Origin: Pseudomonas sp.
Lineage (GTDB): Bacteria; Pseudomonadota; Gammaproteobacteria; Pseudomonadales; Pseudomonadaceae
Reading direction: 5' to 3'
Length of the DNA stretch: 64,000 nucleotides
Assembly (NCBI GenBank): GCA_046291745.1
Contig: JBKBSI010000001.1
Coordinates: 1,156-65,155 of the forward strand
Below the pieces are notes generated by a model. The model did not search any database and was not told the origin of the DNA. It saw only the letters and a program-made list of their open reading frames with translations. The stretch's first letter is position 1. Every line of letters begins with the position of its first letter. Of the stretch, positions 41,892 to 51,688 are shown in pieces. The position numbers were made by a program, and so were the translations under genes.

Positions 41892-42914
41892 ATGTCTGCC
41901 TACAGCAATCGTAAAGTAGTACTCAATCAGCGTCCCCAGGGCGAAATCCAGGATGGCGATCTGGTCATCAAGCAGGAGCCGGTCCGTGAACTGAAGGATG
42001 GCGAAGTTCTGCTCAAGACCCTGTGGTTGTCGCTGGACCCCTACATGCGCCCGCGCATGAACGACAGCAAGGGCTATATGGATCCGATCGCAATCGGTGC
42101 GCCCATAGTCGGCGAAAGCGTTGGTCGGGTAGTCGAGTCCAAGTCGCCCAACTACGCCGTTGGCGATGTGGTTACCAGCTATTCCGGCTGGCAGGAATAC
42201 AGCATTATCCGTGGCGATGAGCCAATGGTTTACAAGGTGCAGGATCACGGTATTCCGCTGCAGACCTATCTGGGTGTCGCGGGTATGCCGGGCCGCACCG
42301 GCTACTGTGGTCTGGTCTACGTCGGCAAGCCCAAGGCTGGTGAAACCGTTGTAGTCTCCGCCGCCTCTGGGCCGGTAGGCACCGTTGTCGGTCAGACTGC
42401 CAAGCAGCTTGGCTGCCGCGTAGTCGGCGTAGCTGGTGGTGAGGAAAAGTGCCGTTATGTTGTTGAAGAACTCGGCTTTGACGAGTGCGTGGACTACAAG
42501 GCCGGCAATCTCGAGCAGGACCTGAAGGACGCTTGTCCGAATGGTATCGACGTGTATTTCGAGAACGTTGGCGGCGCCGTAACCCGTGCTGTGGCCAAGC
42601 TGCTCAACAGCGGTTCACGTGTGCCGATCTGTGGTTATGTGTCGGCCTACAATGCCGAAGATGCGAGCAAGGTCGAGACGCCGTTCCATGTGTTTGGCGC
42701 CATGGAAGACAAGCCCGAGCATCGCTTCTTCCTGGTCACCGAGTGGCAGGACAAGCATCAGGAAATTACTGCGCACCTGGCCGAGCAGGTCGCTTCCGGC
42801 AAGATCAAGTATCGCGAAACCGTAGCCGAAGGCCTGGATAATGCCGTAGAAGCCTTCAAGGGCATGCTCAAGGGCAAGAACTTCGGTAAACAACTGGTCC
42901 GCATCACCGATTAA
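41892..42914 (+). CDS. NADP-dependent oxidoreductase (medium-chain reductase, YncB/CurA-like)
   Basis: Rossmann motif VVSAASGPVGTVVGQ, MDR-family layout, 340 aa. Confidence 0.85.
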   Translation: MSAYSNRKVVLNQRPQGEIQDGDLVIKQEPVRELKDGEVLLKTLWLSLDPYMRPRMNDSKGYMDPIAIGAPIVGESVGRVVESKSPNYAVGDVVTSYSGWQEYSIIRGDEPMVYKVQDHGIPLQTYLGVAGMPGRTGYCGLVYVGKPKAGETVVVSAASGPVGTVVGQTAKQLGCRVVGVAGGEEKCRYVVEELGFDECVDYKAGNLEQDLKDACPNGIDVYFENVGGAVTRAVAKLLNSGSRVPICGYVSAYNAEDASKVETPFHVFGAMEDKPEHRFFLVTEWQDKHQEITAHLAEQVASGKIKYRETVAEGLDNAVEAFKGMLKGKNFGKQLVRITD

Positions 42915-42931
42915 CGGTGCGCCGGAGCCAA

Positions 42932-42958
42932 CCAAAGGCGGCGTCCTGCCGCCCTTGG
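42932..42958 (+). terminator. hairpin after oxidoreductase gene
   Basis: CCAAAGGCGGC-GTCCT-GCCGCCCTTGG forms an 11-bp stem with one mismatch. No clear U-tract. Confidence 0.35.
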
Positions 42959-43110
42959 TCTGCCCCGATTCTGGTATGGATTCTGCATCACCTGCACTGT
43001 ATTGAGCCGATGCGCCGCTGAGCGCCTCTCCAGTGCACCAATTTGGCGCCTAGCTTCCTGCTCTGCGCCATCAAAGTGCCACGTGCTCATGTAGCCAGCA
43101 GGTACGTGCC

Positions 43111-46100
43111 ATGCCAGTTGCCATGCTAGATGTACTCTGGGTCGTGCTCTGTGCCGGCCTGGTCTTCAACATGCAGATGGGCTTCCTTTGTTTGGAGTCC
43201 GGTCTCACCCGCAGCAAAAATGCCATCAACGTGGCGGTCAAGAATATGGCCGATCTCAGCGTTGCCATTCTGCTGTACTGGTTATTCGGTTTCGGCATCA
43301 TGTTTGGTACCAGTCAGGGCGGCTGGTTCGGTAGCGACCTTATGCTGCTGCCCTTCGACGATACCTGGAATGCTGCTTTCTTCCTGTTTCAAGCCATGTT
43401 CTGCACCACCGCTGCCACCATCGTCTCGGGCGCTGCCGCCGAGCGCATGCGCTTCAGTGGCTACCTGGTGGTGACGGTGCTGGCGGCGGGTCTGATCTAT
43501 CCCTTTTTTGGCCACTGGGCCTGGGCTGGTGGCTTCAGTTCGGGCAACGGCTGGTTGGCAGACCGGGGTTTCGTCGATTTTGCCGGCTCAACCGTGGTGC
43601 ACAGTGTGGGTGGCTGGGTGGCGCTGGCAGTAGTGCTGGTGCTTGGCCCGCGGCTGGGACGTTTCGAGCTGGGCCGGGCCGGTCGCAGTCTACCCGGGTC
43701 CAACCTGCCCATGGCGATGCTCGGCGCACTGCTGTTGATGTTCGGCTGGTTCGGTTTCAACGGTGGCAGCACCTTCAGCTTTGACCATAGTGTGCCGGGC
43801 ATCATCGCCAACACCGTGCTGGCAGCGATCGCCGGTATTCTCGGCGGCATGGGCATGTCCTGGTTGCGCTGGCGCTATGTCGATCCGGTGTATCCGCTGA
43901 ACGGCATGATCGCCGGTATGGTCGCGATCACTGCCAGCGCTCACGTGGTCAGCGCCGGGTCTGCCCTGGTCATTGGCCTGATTGGCAGTGTGGTGATGTA
44001 TTGTGCTGAGCGGCTGATGTACCGGCTGCGCATCGATGACGCGGTCAGCGCCGTACCGGTTCACCTTGCCAGTGGCATCTGGGGCACGCTGGCGCTGGCA
44101 CTGTTTGCCGATATGCAGCTACTGGGTACCGGGCTGGATCGCTGGCAGCAGTTTCTGGTGCAGGGCCAGGGCGTGATCACCGCTGGCATCTGGGCCTTTG
44201 GCGTTACCTGGGTCCTACTGCGCCTGATCAACCGAGTACTGCCAATGCGCGTGACCCCGGAGGAGGAGCACGACGGTCTGAATGTCTCGGAGCATGGCTC
44301 GCGTACTGAACTGGTGGATCTGCTCGAGGTGATGGCAACCCACCAGCGTGACGGCCACTTTGGTCGTGAGGTGCCGGTGGAGCCCTTTACCGAAGTCGGC
44401 CAGATTGCCGGACAGTACAACAAGGTAATTCGTGCTCTGCACGCCGCTGTTGGTACCACCCAAGCGATCATTCGCGATATCCGTGATGGCATTCTCACCT
44501 GTACGCCGGATGGCGTGTTGGCCAGTTGCAATCCGGGCGCCGAGAGGTTGTTCGGGTTGGATAACACGCAACTGGTTGGTCAGCCGCTCAGTCGTCTGGT
44601 GGCCGAGCAGGGCTGGCAGGGCCTGCCGCAACCGCAGGCTGGCGGTGAGCTCAAGCAGGAGGTGTTGTTCAGCCGGCATGGGCATGAACAGTTTGTCGCT
44701 GAGCTGACCGTCAGCCGTGGCGCCTTCGACGACCACCTGCTGACCTGCATGATCCGTGATATCACCGAGCGGCGGCGAGTCGAGCAGCAACTCTACCAAG
44801 AGAAAATGCTGGCCCAGGTTACCCTGGCCTCGATTGGCGATGGGGTGATTACCACCGGCCCGGACAGCCGTATTACCTATATCAATCCGGTGGCGGAAAA
44901 GCTCACCGGTTGGACTGCCGATCAGGCCGATGGCCGGGCCCTGGAAGAGATCTATCGCCTGTACGACGAGTTTACCGGCGCGCAACTGGGCAATCCGGTC
45001 ACCGCCCTGTTGCGTCGCTACCGCAAGGGGCTACACGGCCGCGACGGCAATGTACTGCTACTGCGCAGACGCGACGGCAGTGATGTGGCAATTCAGGACG
45101 CAGTGGCGCCAATACGTGACGCCGAGGGGAGGATTATCGGTGCGGTGCTGACCTTCCGCGATGTGACCGTTAACCGGCGTCTGGCCCGCGAACTGTCGCA
45201 CCAAGCGGCGCACGACACCCTGACTGGACTGGCCAACCGTGCCGAGTTCGAGCGTCGCCTGATGGCAGTGCTCAAGCTTGCCGCCCACGAGCGTGGTGAC
45301 CAGGTGCTGTGCTATATGGATCTGGACCAGTTCAAGATAGTCAACGACACCTGCGGCCATGCCGCTGGCGATGAGCTGCTGCGCCAGTTGACCAAGCTAT
45401 TCCAGCTACGCATCCGCAGCAGTGACGTGCTGGCGCGCCTGGGGGGCGACGAGTTCGGGTTGCTGCTGTCTGGTTGCGCCATCGACGAGGCGCTACCGAT
45501 CGTTGACGGCATGCGTGCCGAGGTCGAGGAATTCCGCTTCAGTTGGGAAGGCAAGAGCTTTGCCATTGGCGTCAGTATTGGCCTGGTACAGATCGAGGCA
45601 GGGGAAACGCTGGGTAGCCTGCTCAGCGCCGCTGACAGCGCCTGTTACGCGGCCAAGGATGCCGGGCGCAACCGGATCCATATCTATCAAGCCAACGATG
45701 AACAGCTGTTGGAGCGGCGCGGTGAGATGCAATGGGTCAACCGCCTGCGTCAAGCGCTGGATGTCGACCTGCTGCGTCTCTGCGTACAGCCGATCTTCAG
45801 CATCTCCGGGGAGGATGGCACACCGGGCTATGAGGTACTGGTGCGCATGCTCGCCGAGGATGGACGGGAGATCCCCCCTGGCGCCTTCATGCCCGCAGCC
45901 GAGCGCTATTCGCTGGCCTCGGCTATCGACCGCTGGGTAGTGGCCAACTTTCTCGCCTGGGTCGGCGATTTCGCCCGCCGCAGCCCGGACAGTCTGGGCA
46001 ATTACTCGATCAACCTGTCGGCGGCATCGCTGGGAGAAGAGAGTTTTCTGGATTTCATCATGCAAACTCTAGAGCGCCACGAGGTGCCGCCGCAATGCAT

Positions 46101-46497
46101 CTGCTTTGAAATCACCGAAACCAGCGCCATCGCCAACCTGAGCCGGGCGGTGATCTTCATGCAGAAGCTCAAGGCCATTGGCTGCCGCTTCGCCCTGGAT
46201 GACTTTGGTTCCGGGCTCTCGTCTTTCGCCTACCTGAAAACCCTGCCGGTGGACTTTCTGAAGATCGATGGGGTGTTCGTCAAGGATATCGAAACCGATC
46301 CGATCGCCCGGGCCATGGTCTCCTCAATCAACACCATCGGGCATGAGATGGGCTTGCTGACCGTCGCCGAGTTTGTCGAGAACGAGGGCATACTGAACTG
46401 CCTGCGCGAGATAGGCGTGGATTACGCCCAGGGTTACCACCTGGGTCGCCCCATCCCTCTTGGTGAGATCAATGGGGTGAGAATGATGCCGCGCTAA
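43111..46497 (+). CDS. ammonium transporter (Amt) domain fused to PAS-PAS-GGDEF-EAL
   Basis: aa 1-400 form an Amt/MEP fold with the conserved Asp (FVDFAGS) and twin His (VVHSVGGW, VPVHLASGIWG). Two PAS-like modules follow (TCTPDGVLASCNPGAERLFG, ITTGPDSRITYINPVAEKLTGW). GGDEF at 45442-45456 has an RSSD I-site. The EAL domain has EVL at 45832-45840 and shows EITE, DDFGSG, KIDG, EFVE and QGY. Confidence 0.9.
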   Translation: MPVAMLDVLWVVLCAGLVFNMQMGFLCLESGLTRSKNAINVAVKNMADLSVAILLYWLFGFGIMFGTSQGGWFGSDLMLLPFDDTWNAAFFLFQAMFCTTAATIVSGAAAERMRFSGYLVVTVLAAGLIYPFFGHWAWAGGFSSGNGWLADRGFVDFAGSTVVHSVGGWVALAVVLVLGPRLGRFELGRAGRSLPGSNLPMAMLGALLLMFGWFGFNGGSTFSFDHSVPGIIANTVLAAIAGILGGMGMSWLRWRYVDPVYPLNGMIAGMVAITASAHVVSAGSALVIGLIGSVVMYCAERLMYRLRIDDAVSAVPVHLASGIWGTLALALFADMQLLGTGLDRWQQFLVQGQGVITAGIWAFGVTWVLLRLINRVLPMRVTPEEEHDGLNVSEHGSRTELVDLLEVMATHQRDGHFGREVPVEPFTEVGQIAGQYNKVIRALHAAVGTTQAIIRDIRDGILTCTPDGVLASCNPGAERLFGLDNTQLVGQPLSRLVAEQGWQGLPQPQAGGELKQEVLFSRHGHEQFVAELTVSRGAFDDHLLTCMIRDITERRRVEQQLYQEKMLAQVTLASIGDGVITTGPDSRITYINPVAEKLTGWTADQADGRALEEIYRLYDEFTGAQLGNPVTALLRRYRKGLHGRDGNVLLLRRRDGSDVAIQDAVAPIRDAEGRIIGAVLTFRDVTVNRRLARELSHQAAHDTLTGLANRAEFERRLMAVLKLAAHERGDQVLCYMDLDQFKIVNDTCGHAAGDELLRQLTKLFQLRIRSSDVLARLGGDEFGLLLSGCAIDEALPIVDGMRAEVEEFRFSWEGKSFAIGVSIGLVQIEAGETLGSLLSAADSACYAAKDAGRNRIHIYQANDEQLLERRGEMQWVNRLRQALDVDLLRLCVQPIFSISGEDGTPGYEVLVRMLAEDGREIPPGAFMPAAERYSLASAIDRWVVANFLAWVGDFARRSPDSLGNYSINLSAASLGEESFLDFIMQTLERHEVPPQCICFEITETSAIANLSRAVIFMQKLKAIGCRFALDDFGSGLSSFAYLKTLPVDFLKIDGVFVKDIETDPIARAMVSSINTIGHEMGLLTVAEFVENEGILNCLREIGVDYAQGYHLGRPIPLGEINGVRMMPR

Positions 46498-46513
46498 GCC
46501 GCAGCCTGTTGCT

Positions 46514-47218
46514 TCAGGGCAGCCAGATGCGAAACTCGCCGCCACCCAGCGGGCAGTCATTGAGTAGCTCGATGTGGCCCTTGATACCGTTGCGCTGGTG
46601 CAACTGGGCAATGCACTGGCCAAAGTACAGCCCCAGGCCGGTACTGCCGGTACTCATATTGATGCCCAGCACATAGTCCGACTGGTGCTCGATCATGCTT
46701 GGCGGGTAACCCTGGCCGTCGTCGCTTATCGCGATCACCAGTTGCTCGTCTTCCATCCAGGCCTTCAGGTGAATGGCCGAGCGCGCATAGCGAATCGAGT
46801 TGTTGATTACATTGGCGACCACCGAGCCAACCAGCTCGGCATCAAGAAATGCCAGCAGACCGTCCTCTTCGACCTCGTAGCTGCCTTCAATATGCCGCGA
46901 ACGCAGGATATCGTCATGCCGCGCCAACTGGCTCTGCAGAAAATCCTCTACCTCGAGCCAGGCCGGTCGCATGGGTAGCTGATTAACGCCCAGTTTGTAG
47001 AGTCCGAGCATCTGTACCAGCATGCCATTCAGGCGCAGCGATTCGTACTCGATCATGCCGCGCTCTGCGGTATCGGTCAGCTCCTCTGGCAGGCTTGCCG
47101 ACCACTTCTGGTAGGCCTGCATCAGCAGTCCCAGGGAGTTCTTCATGTCGTGCACGGTGGAGGCGATCACGGTGGAGAATTCGATTTCAACCCCGGGTTT
47201 GTCCTGATCCTCGCTCAC
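46514..47218 (-). CDS. cytoplasmic sensor-less histidine kinase
   Basis: 234 aa with H-box STVHDMKNSL, N-box NNSIRYA and G-boxes DDGQGY / GTGLGL. No TM or sensor domain. The GTG start overlaps the upstream stop (GTGA). Confidence 0.8.
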   Translation of the reverse strand: MSEDQDKPGVEIEFSTVIASTVHDMKNSLGLLMQAYQKWSASLPEELTDTAERGMIEYESLRLNGMLVQMLGLYKLGVNQLPMRPAWLEVEDFLQSQLARHDDILRSRHIEGSYEVEEDGLLAFLDAELVGSVVANVINNSIRYARSAIHLKAWMEDEQLVIAISDDGQGYPPSMIEHQSDYVLGINMSTGSTGLGLYFGQCIAQLHQRNGIKGHIELLNDCPLGGGEFRIWLP

Positions 47219-48819
47219 AGACCCTCCACCGTTTGGCGCAGCTTCAGGTACCGCGCATGCCGCGCATCGCTGGCGGGCATGCTGCGAACCTGCTCAAGGC
47301 AGTCCGTGCATTCGTCTTTGAGCGCCGGATCGGCTTTCGCCAGCAACAGGCGCAACAGCGACTGCGCGGTATTCAGGGCAAAACTGATATTGCGCGGCTG
47401 CAGCGCCCGCGCCTGCCGAAAAGCTGTCAGCGCTTCGGGGAATTGCTGCTTCTGGTACAGGCGAATCCCCTGCTTGTTCAGCTCCTGGGCCTGGGTGCCC
47501 GCGGCGAGAATCGCCGGGTCGTCGGTTTGCTCTGCAACTGAGGCCATTACCTTCGGGTCGTCACCGTACATTTCCGCACAGGTGCGCAATACCGTAGCGG
47601 CCTTGTCCTTCTGGCCCAGCTCCGACCATTGCTGGGCCAGCTCTAGCGCGGCTTCGGGCGAAAAGAAGGTCTCCATCTGAGCTAGGTGGGCGCTGGCTGT
47701 GGCCATCATGCGTTCAGCCTCCTTGGCATTGCCGGTCTTGACCAGGGTCTGGGCCTCAACCAGCGTGGCCCGAGCCTGCAGGCCGACGTCGTCTTTCCAG
47801 GACTTGCCCAGATCACCCAGGGTCTTGCGGATCTCCATCAAGGCCTTGGGACTGGGCGCCTGATCACCTGCCTGCTGATTGAGGGTGCTGGCCAGGCCCA
47901 GGTGGTTCTCCGGATTCTGAAAGGCCGAATTGCGGCCTAGATCCACCGCATGCCGATAGGCGCGCACGGCGTTGTCCAGGTCGCCGTTGGTTTTTGCCAG
48001 CTTGCCCAGCGTCTGCTGCCGCTGCAGGCTGTTGGGCGAAATGCGAATGCCCTGCTCGATATATTCCTGCGCCCGCGCAGGCTCACCCATCGCACGGTAA
48101 ACCGCAGCCAGACCGTCAAACAGCGCAGGCAACATGGGGAACTGGCTGATCGCATTCTGGAACAGCTCAAGGGCCTCCGGCAGCTTGCCCTGATCCAGCC
48201 ATAAGTTGCCCAGCGCAATAATCACCCAGGGCACTGGCCGGTCTCCGGCCAACTCTTGCAGCATCTTTTCCAGCTCGTTGTTGCGGCCCAGTTCTTTCAA
48301 TGCATTGGCACGATAGCGCTGGCACTGGGGTGCGAAGCGCTTGTGCTCCTGCATGACCTGGTCGCAGGCGCTGACGATGGCGCGCTGATCCTGCTTTTCC
48401 AGCGCATCCAGAATCGGTTTGAGCGCAGTCTTGCGCTCGACCAGTTTGTCCAGCCGCTGCTGCAGGCTGGCGCGGTTGAAGGGCTTGGTCAGATAGGCAT
48501 CCGGTTCGCACTCCAGGGCACTCATCACCATCGCCTGGCTGCTTTCGGCAGTACACATGACAAAGATGCAGTGTGGGCTCAAGAGCTTGGCGTGATGCAA
48601 CTCTTCCAGCACCTGTTGGCCATTCTTGCCTGCACCAAGATTGTAATCGTGCAGGATCACGTCATAGCGAGTATTGCGGCACATGGCGATGGCGTCCTCG
48701 CCACGTGGTGCCGTATCCACCTGACGTACGGCCATCATGCGCAGCATGCCGGTAACCGCCGTGCGGAACTCGGAAAAATCATCTACTACCAGAAATCGTT
48801 TGTTGCTGTAATCAATCAT
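47215..48819 (-). CDS. response regulator receiver fused to TPR repeats
   Basis: REC domain (FLVVDDF..., ILHDYNLG, TKP) followed by about 400 aa of TPR-like helical repeats. No DNA-binding domain. Confidence 0.8.
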   Translation of the reverse strand: MIDYSNKRFLVVDDFSEFRTAVTGMLRMMAVRQVDTAPRGEDAIAMCRNTRYDVILHDYNLGAGKNGQQVLEELHHAKLLSPHCIFVMCTAESSQAMVMSALECEPDAYLTKPFNRASLQQRLDKLVERKTALKPILDALEKQDQRAIVSACDQVMQEHKRFAPQCQRYRANALKELGRNNELEKMLQELAGDRPVPWVIIALGNLWLDQGKLPEALELFQNAISQFPMLPALFDGLAAVYRAMGEPARAQEYIEQGIRISPNSLQRQQTLGKLAKTNGDLDNAVRAYRHAVDLGRNSAFQNPENHLGLASTLNQQAGDQAPSPKALMEIRKTLGDLGKSWKDDVGLQARATLVEAQTLVKTGNAKEAERMMATASAHLAQMETFFSPEAALELAQQWSELGQKDKAATVLRTCAEMYGDDPKVMASVAEQTDDPAILAAGTQAQELNKQGIRLYQKQQFPEALTAFRQARALQPRNISFALNTAQSLLRLLLAKADPALKDECTDCLEQVRSMPASDARHARYLKLRQTVEGL

Positions 48820-49097
48820 GGGTGCATCCGGACAAAGCGTCTGCGGAAAACAGTCGCTGTGGGCAGTATAGCTGGAAGGTCAGCAGCCACTCGCGAACCC
48901 AGGGTAAGGCAAAGTGCCATCATATGAAAGCGCACTCCTTAATGTGTCCTATCCTTTGCGCAGAGGGCTCAATCATGCATCCGCATGCGCGCTTGGAGAT
49001 ACGACTTGAGAATTGATTCAAATTTAGTCCAGATAATCGAACTATTTTTTTAAAAGTGAGATCTTATTGGGAATTGGTTCACAAAACAGAGGCGCTA

Positions 49098-49802
49098 ATG
49101 ATTACACGTGGCTTGCTTGATCAGTTGCTCAAATCCGGTTCCGACCTGCTCCAGGGTGGTAACGCTTCCTTGGGTGGTGTGCAGCAGCGCGCAGCCTCCG
49201 GCAAGGACGCCTCACCCCTTGGTGGTTTGCTCTCGGGGGTAGGCGGGGGCGTGCTTGGTGGGGGCGCCATAGGTCTGCTGCTGGGGAGTAAAAAGGCTCG
49301 CAAGATGGGCGGCAAGGTCATTACCTACGGTGGCCTCGCAGCTCTTGGGGTGGTCGCCTACAAGGCCTACAGCAACTGGCAGCAGCAAAACGGCGGCCAG
49401 CAGGCACAGATTGAGCCACGGACCGTTGACCGTTTGCCTGCACCGCAGGTTGAGGAGCACAGCCACGCCATTCTGCGTGCGGTGATAGGCGCAGCCAAGG
49501 CGGACGGGCACATAGATGACCGTGAGCGCGAGTTGATCGACGGTGAGGTGGTTAAGCTGACCCAGGATCCCGAGTTGCAGCGCTGGTTTGATCGGGAGCT
49601 GAACAAGCCGCTGGAACCCGCCGATATCGCCCGATCTGCGACCACCCCGGAACTGGCTGCAGAAATGTATCTGGCCAGCCTGTTGATGGTTGATGAGGAA
49701 AACTTTATGGAGCGCTCCTATCTCGAGGAACTGGCCCGGCAACTGGCACTGGACCCGGCGTTGAAAATCGAGCTTGAGAAACAGGCGCGTACCGCAGTCT
49801 GA
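49098..49802 (+). CDS. DUF533 / TerB-like membrane protein (YebE-like)
   Basis: Gly-rich TM segment (GGVLGGGAIGLLLG) and a C-terminal TerB-like motif AAKADGHIDDRERELI. ATG 49098 follows a GAGG RBS. Confidence 0.7.
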   Translation: MITRGLLDQLLKSGSDLLQGGNASLGGVQQRAASGKDASPLGGLLSGVGGGVLGGGAIGLLLGSKKARKMGGKVITYGGLAALGVVAYKAYSNWQQQNGGQQAQIEPRTVDRLPAPQVEEHSHAILRAVIGAAKADGHIDDRERELIDGEVVKLTQDPELQRWFDRELNKPLEPADIARSATTPELAAEMYLASLLMVDEENFMERSYLEELARQLALDPALKIELEKQARTAV

Positions 49803-49812
49803 AGATCGATAG

Positions 49813-49833
49813 GCCCCGGTTTCAGTCCGGGGC
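49813..49833. terminator. bidirectional hairpin between convergent genes
   Basis: GCCCCGG-TTTCAGT-CCGGGGC, followed by TT. Confidence 0.45.
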
Positions 49834-49846
49834 TTCGGCCCATGGC

Positions 49847-50503
49847 TCAGTAGAGCGCTATTTCTTCCGACTCGATCAGGCTGATTCCGGCAACCGGTGT
49901 CAGCCCGACTTCCAGCATGCAACGGGCCACCAGTGTGGTGGAAATCGGCTGATATCGCGCCGGGATCAGTGGCCGGAACAGCTTTGATGCCGCCAGCCCA
50001 AGCTCCTCCAGCGGCCGCGGCTCGGGACGCTTGCCAGCGTCCAGTAATGCTGGCCTGACGCAGGTCAGACTGGTGAAACCCATCAACCCCAGTTCTTGCT
50101 CGGTTTCGCCCTTGGTGCGCAGATAAAACGAGCCCGCACGCGGGTTGGCGCCCAGGGATGAGTTGAACACCCAGGTCGGTGTACCAGCGCTTTTGGCCAG
50201 CTGCGCGCAGCTGAGTACCAGATCATGGTCAACCTGACGAAACGCCTGTTTCGAACCGGCCTGTTTCAGCGTCGTGCCCAAAGCACAAAGTACCGCGTCG
50301 GCTTGCCACCAGCTTGCGTCCGCAGGCAAATCGTTGAAGTCCAGCACCGGATTGTTCAGGCGCGGATGTGCAGACAATGGCCTGCGCGTAGGAGCTGTAA
50401 TAGCTGCCACCTGCGGATTGGCCAGGGCGGCTTTGAGCAGCTGGCTGCCTACCATGCCGCTGGCGCCCAGTATAAGTAGATGTTGGGCCTTGTTGTCATG
50501 CAT
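49847..50503 (-). CDS. NAD(P)H-binding oxidoreductase (atypical SDR)
   Basis: Rossmann motif ILGASGMVGSQL. 218 aa. Confidence 0.7.
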   Translation of the reverse strand: MHDNKAQHLLILGASGMVGSQLLKAALANPQVAAITAPTRRPLSAHPRLNNPVLDFNDLPADASWWQADAVLCALGTTLKQAGSKQAFRQVDHDLVLSCAQLAKSAGTPTWVFNSSLGANPRAGSFYLRTKGETEQELGLMGFTSLTCVRPALLDAGKRPEPRPLEELGLAASKLFRPLIPARYQPISTTLVARCMLEVGLTPVAGISLIESEEIALY

Positions 50504-50598
50504 GGGCTGCGTCCTGTTACCTGTTCACGTGGCATCCATGTTGAGCCCTGACGCTGATGGTGGCAACAGCCTGCGCTGGCAGCGGAAAAGTACTGGGG

Positions 50599-51498
50599 CT
50601 AGTCGTCTTGCAGATGAAAAAACTGCAGGTTCTTGCGCTTGCGGCTGGACGAGGGCGGCACGCCGTAGGCGCGGCGGTACTCGCGGGAAAGGTGCGCCGA
50701 ATCGGCGAAACCTGCCTGGAAGGCCACCTCGGTCAGGGACAACCCCGAATGCAGCATCTCCATGGCGCGGCGCAGCTTTAGCCAAGTCTTGTACTCGCGC
50801 AGGCTGAGCCCGACCCGTTGGGCAAACATGCGTGACATCCAGGCGTAACTGCGGCCCTGCTCCTCGGCCAGTTCGGCCAGGCTGGTTTCCGGACATTGAC
50901 CGAGCCGCAACAACAGCTTTTCCAGCGCAATGCGCGCGGGGTCAGGCATATCACCAGGCTTGTCCTCGGGGGTGGTGAAGGAACATAGCCAGTCGTAGGC
51001 CCGCAATGCTTCTTCGCGTCCGGCATGGCCCTGGTACAAGCGCGTCAGGTCGTCCCTGAGCGCCAGGCAACTGCTGTAATCGACTAGCTGGTAGCGCCGG
51101 GCAGCGCGCAGCTGGGCAAAAAACGGATAAAGGCGCGACTCGGGTTGTACATAGAATCCCACCAGCTCAGCCTGGTTGGCCAGCACCCGGCGCGCCAGTA
51201 ACGGCGGCAGCGCGATGCCGCGAGACCATACCGATTCGCCGCCCAGGTCGACGCGAAAGGGTTTGCCACAGGCACTGAGAACCAGGTTGCCGGAAAAGGG
51301 CGTAATCATCTGGGGCGGCGGAGTGACAGCGGTGTAGATAAAGCACTGCTGATCGAACAGGTAGAGGTTATCCAGCCGTGTCGGCGCTTCTGTGGCCTTT
51401 TGTTCCTGCGGCTGTCCCCTGGCTTGCGCGCCCATCTTGCTGTCTCTGAATGCCTGTACTTTCCCGAGAATAGAGGGCCTGGAGTATGGCAGCATCAC
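50599..51498 (-). CDS. AraC family transcriptional regulator
   Basis: C-terminal double HTH (LAELAEEQGRSYAWMSRMF ... VAFQAGFADSAHLSREYRRAYGVPPS). The exact start is uncertain. Confidence 0.8.
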   Translation of the reverse strand: MMLPYSRPSILGKVQAFRDSKMGAQARGQPQEQKATEAPTRLDNLYLFDQQCFIYTAVTPPPQMITPFSGNLVLSACGKPFRVDLGGESVWSRGIALPPLLARRVLANQAELVGFYVQPESRLYPFFAQLRAARRYQLVDYSSCLALRDDLTRLYQGHAGREEALRAYDWLCSFTTPEDKPGDMPDPARIALEKLLLRLGQCPETSLAELAEEQGRSYAWMSRMFAQRVGLSLREYKTWLKLRRAMEMLHSGLSLTEVAFQAGFADSAHLSREYRRAYGVPPSSSRKRKNLQFFHLQDD

Positions 51499-51688
51499 TC
51501 ATTTGGGTGGTGTCAGCCATTTCTGGGCGGTCGGTCAGAAAAAAGGCCGCGTTGTGCAGAGGACAGGCACTCGAGCATGGCTACAGCCTATGGGCTGACA
51601 TCGGAGAAACTCATACAGGGATAATTATAGAGACCGGTCTACATATTCGTGCTTTTCTAGAAGCAGTCATCAACCGGGAGACCAGTCC

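Noticed and set aside
43034-43050. NtrC-like site TGCACCAATTTGGCGCC
   Set aside because: Only the left half matches TGCACC-N5-GGTGCA. The site also lies downstream of the putative sigma54 -24/-12 element rather than upstream, where an enhancer would be expected.
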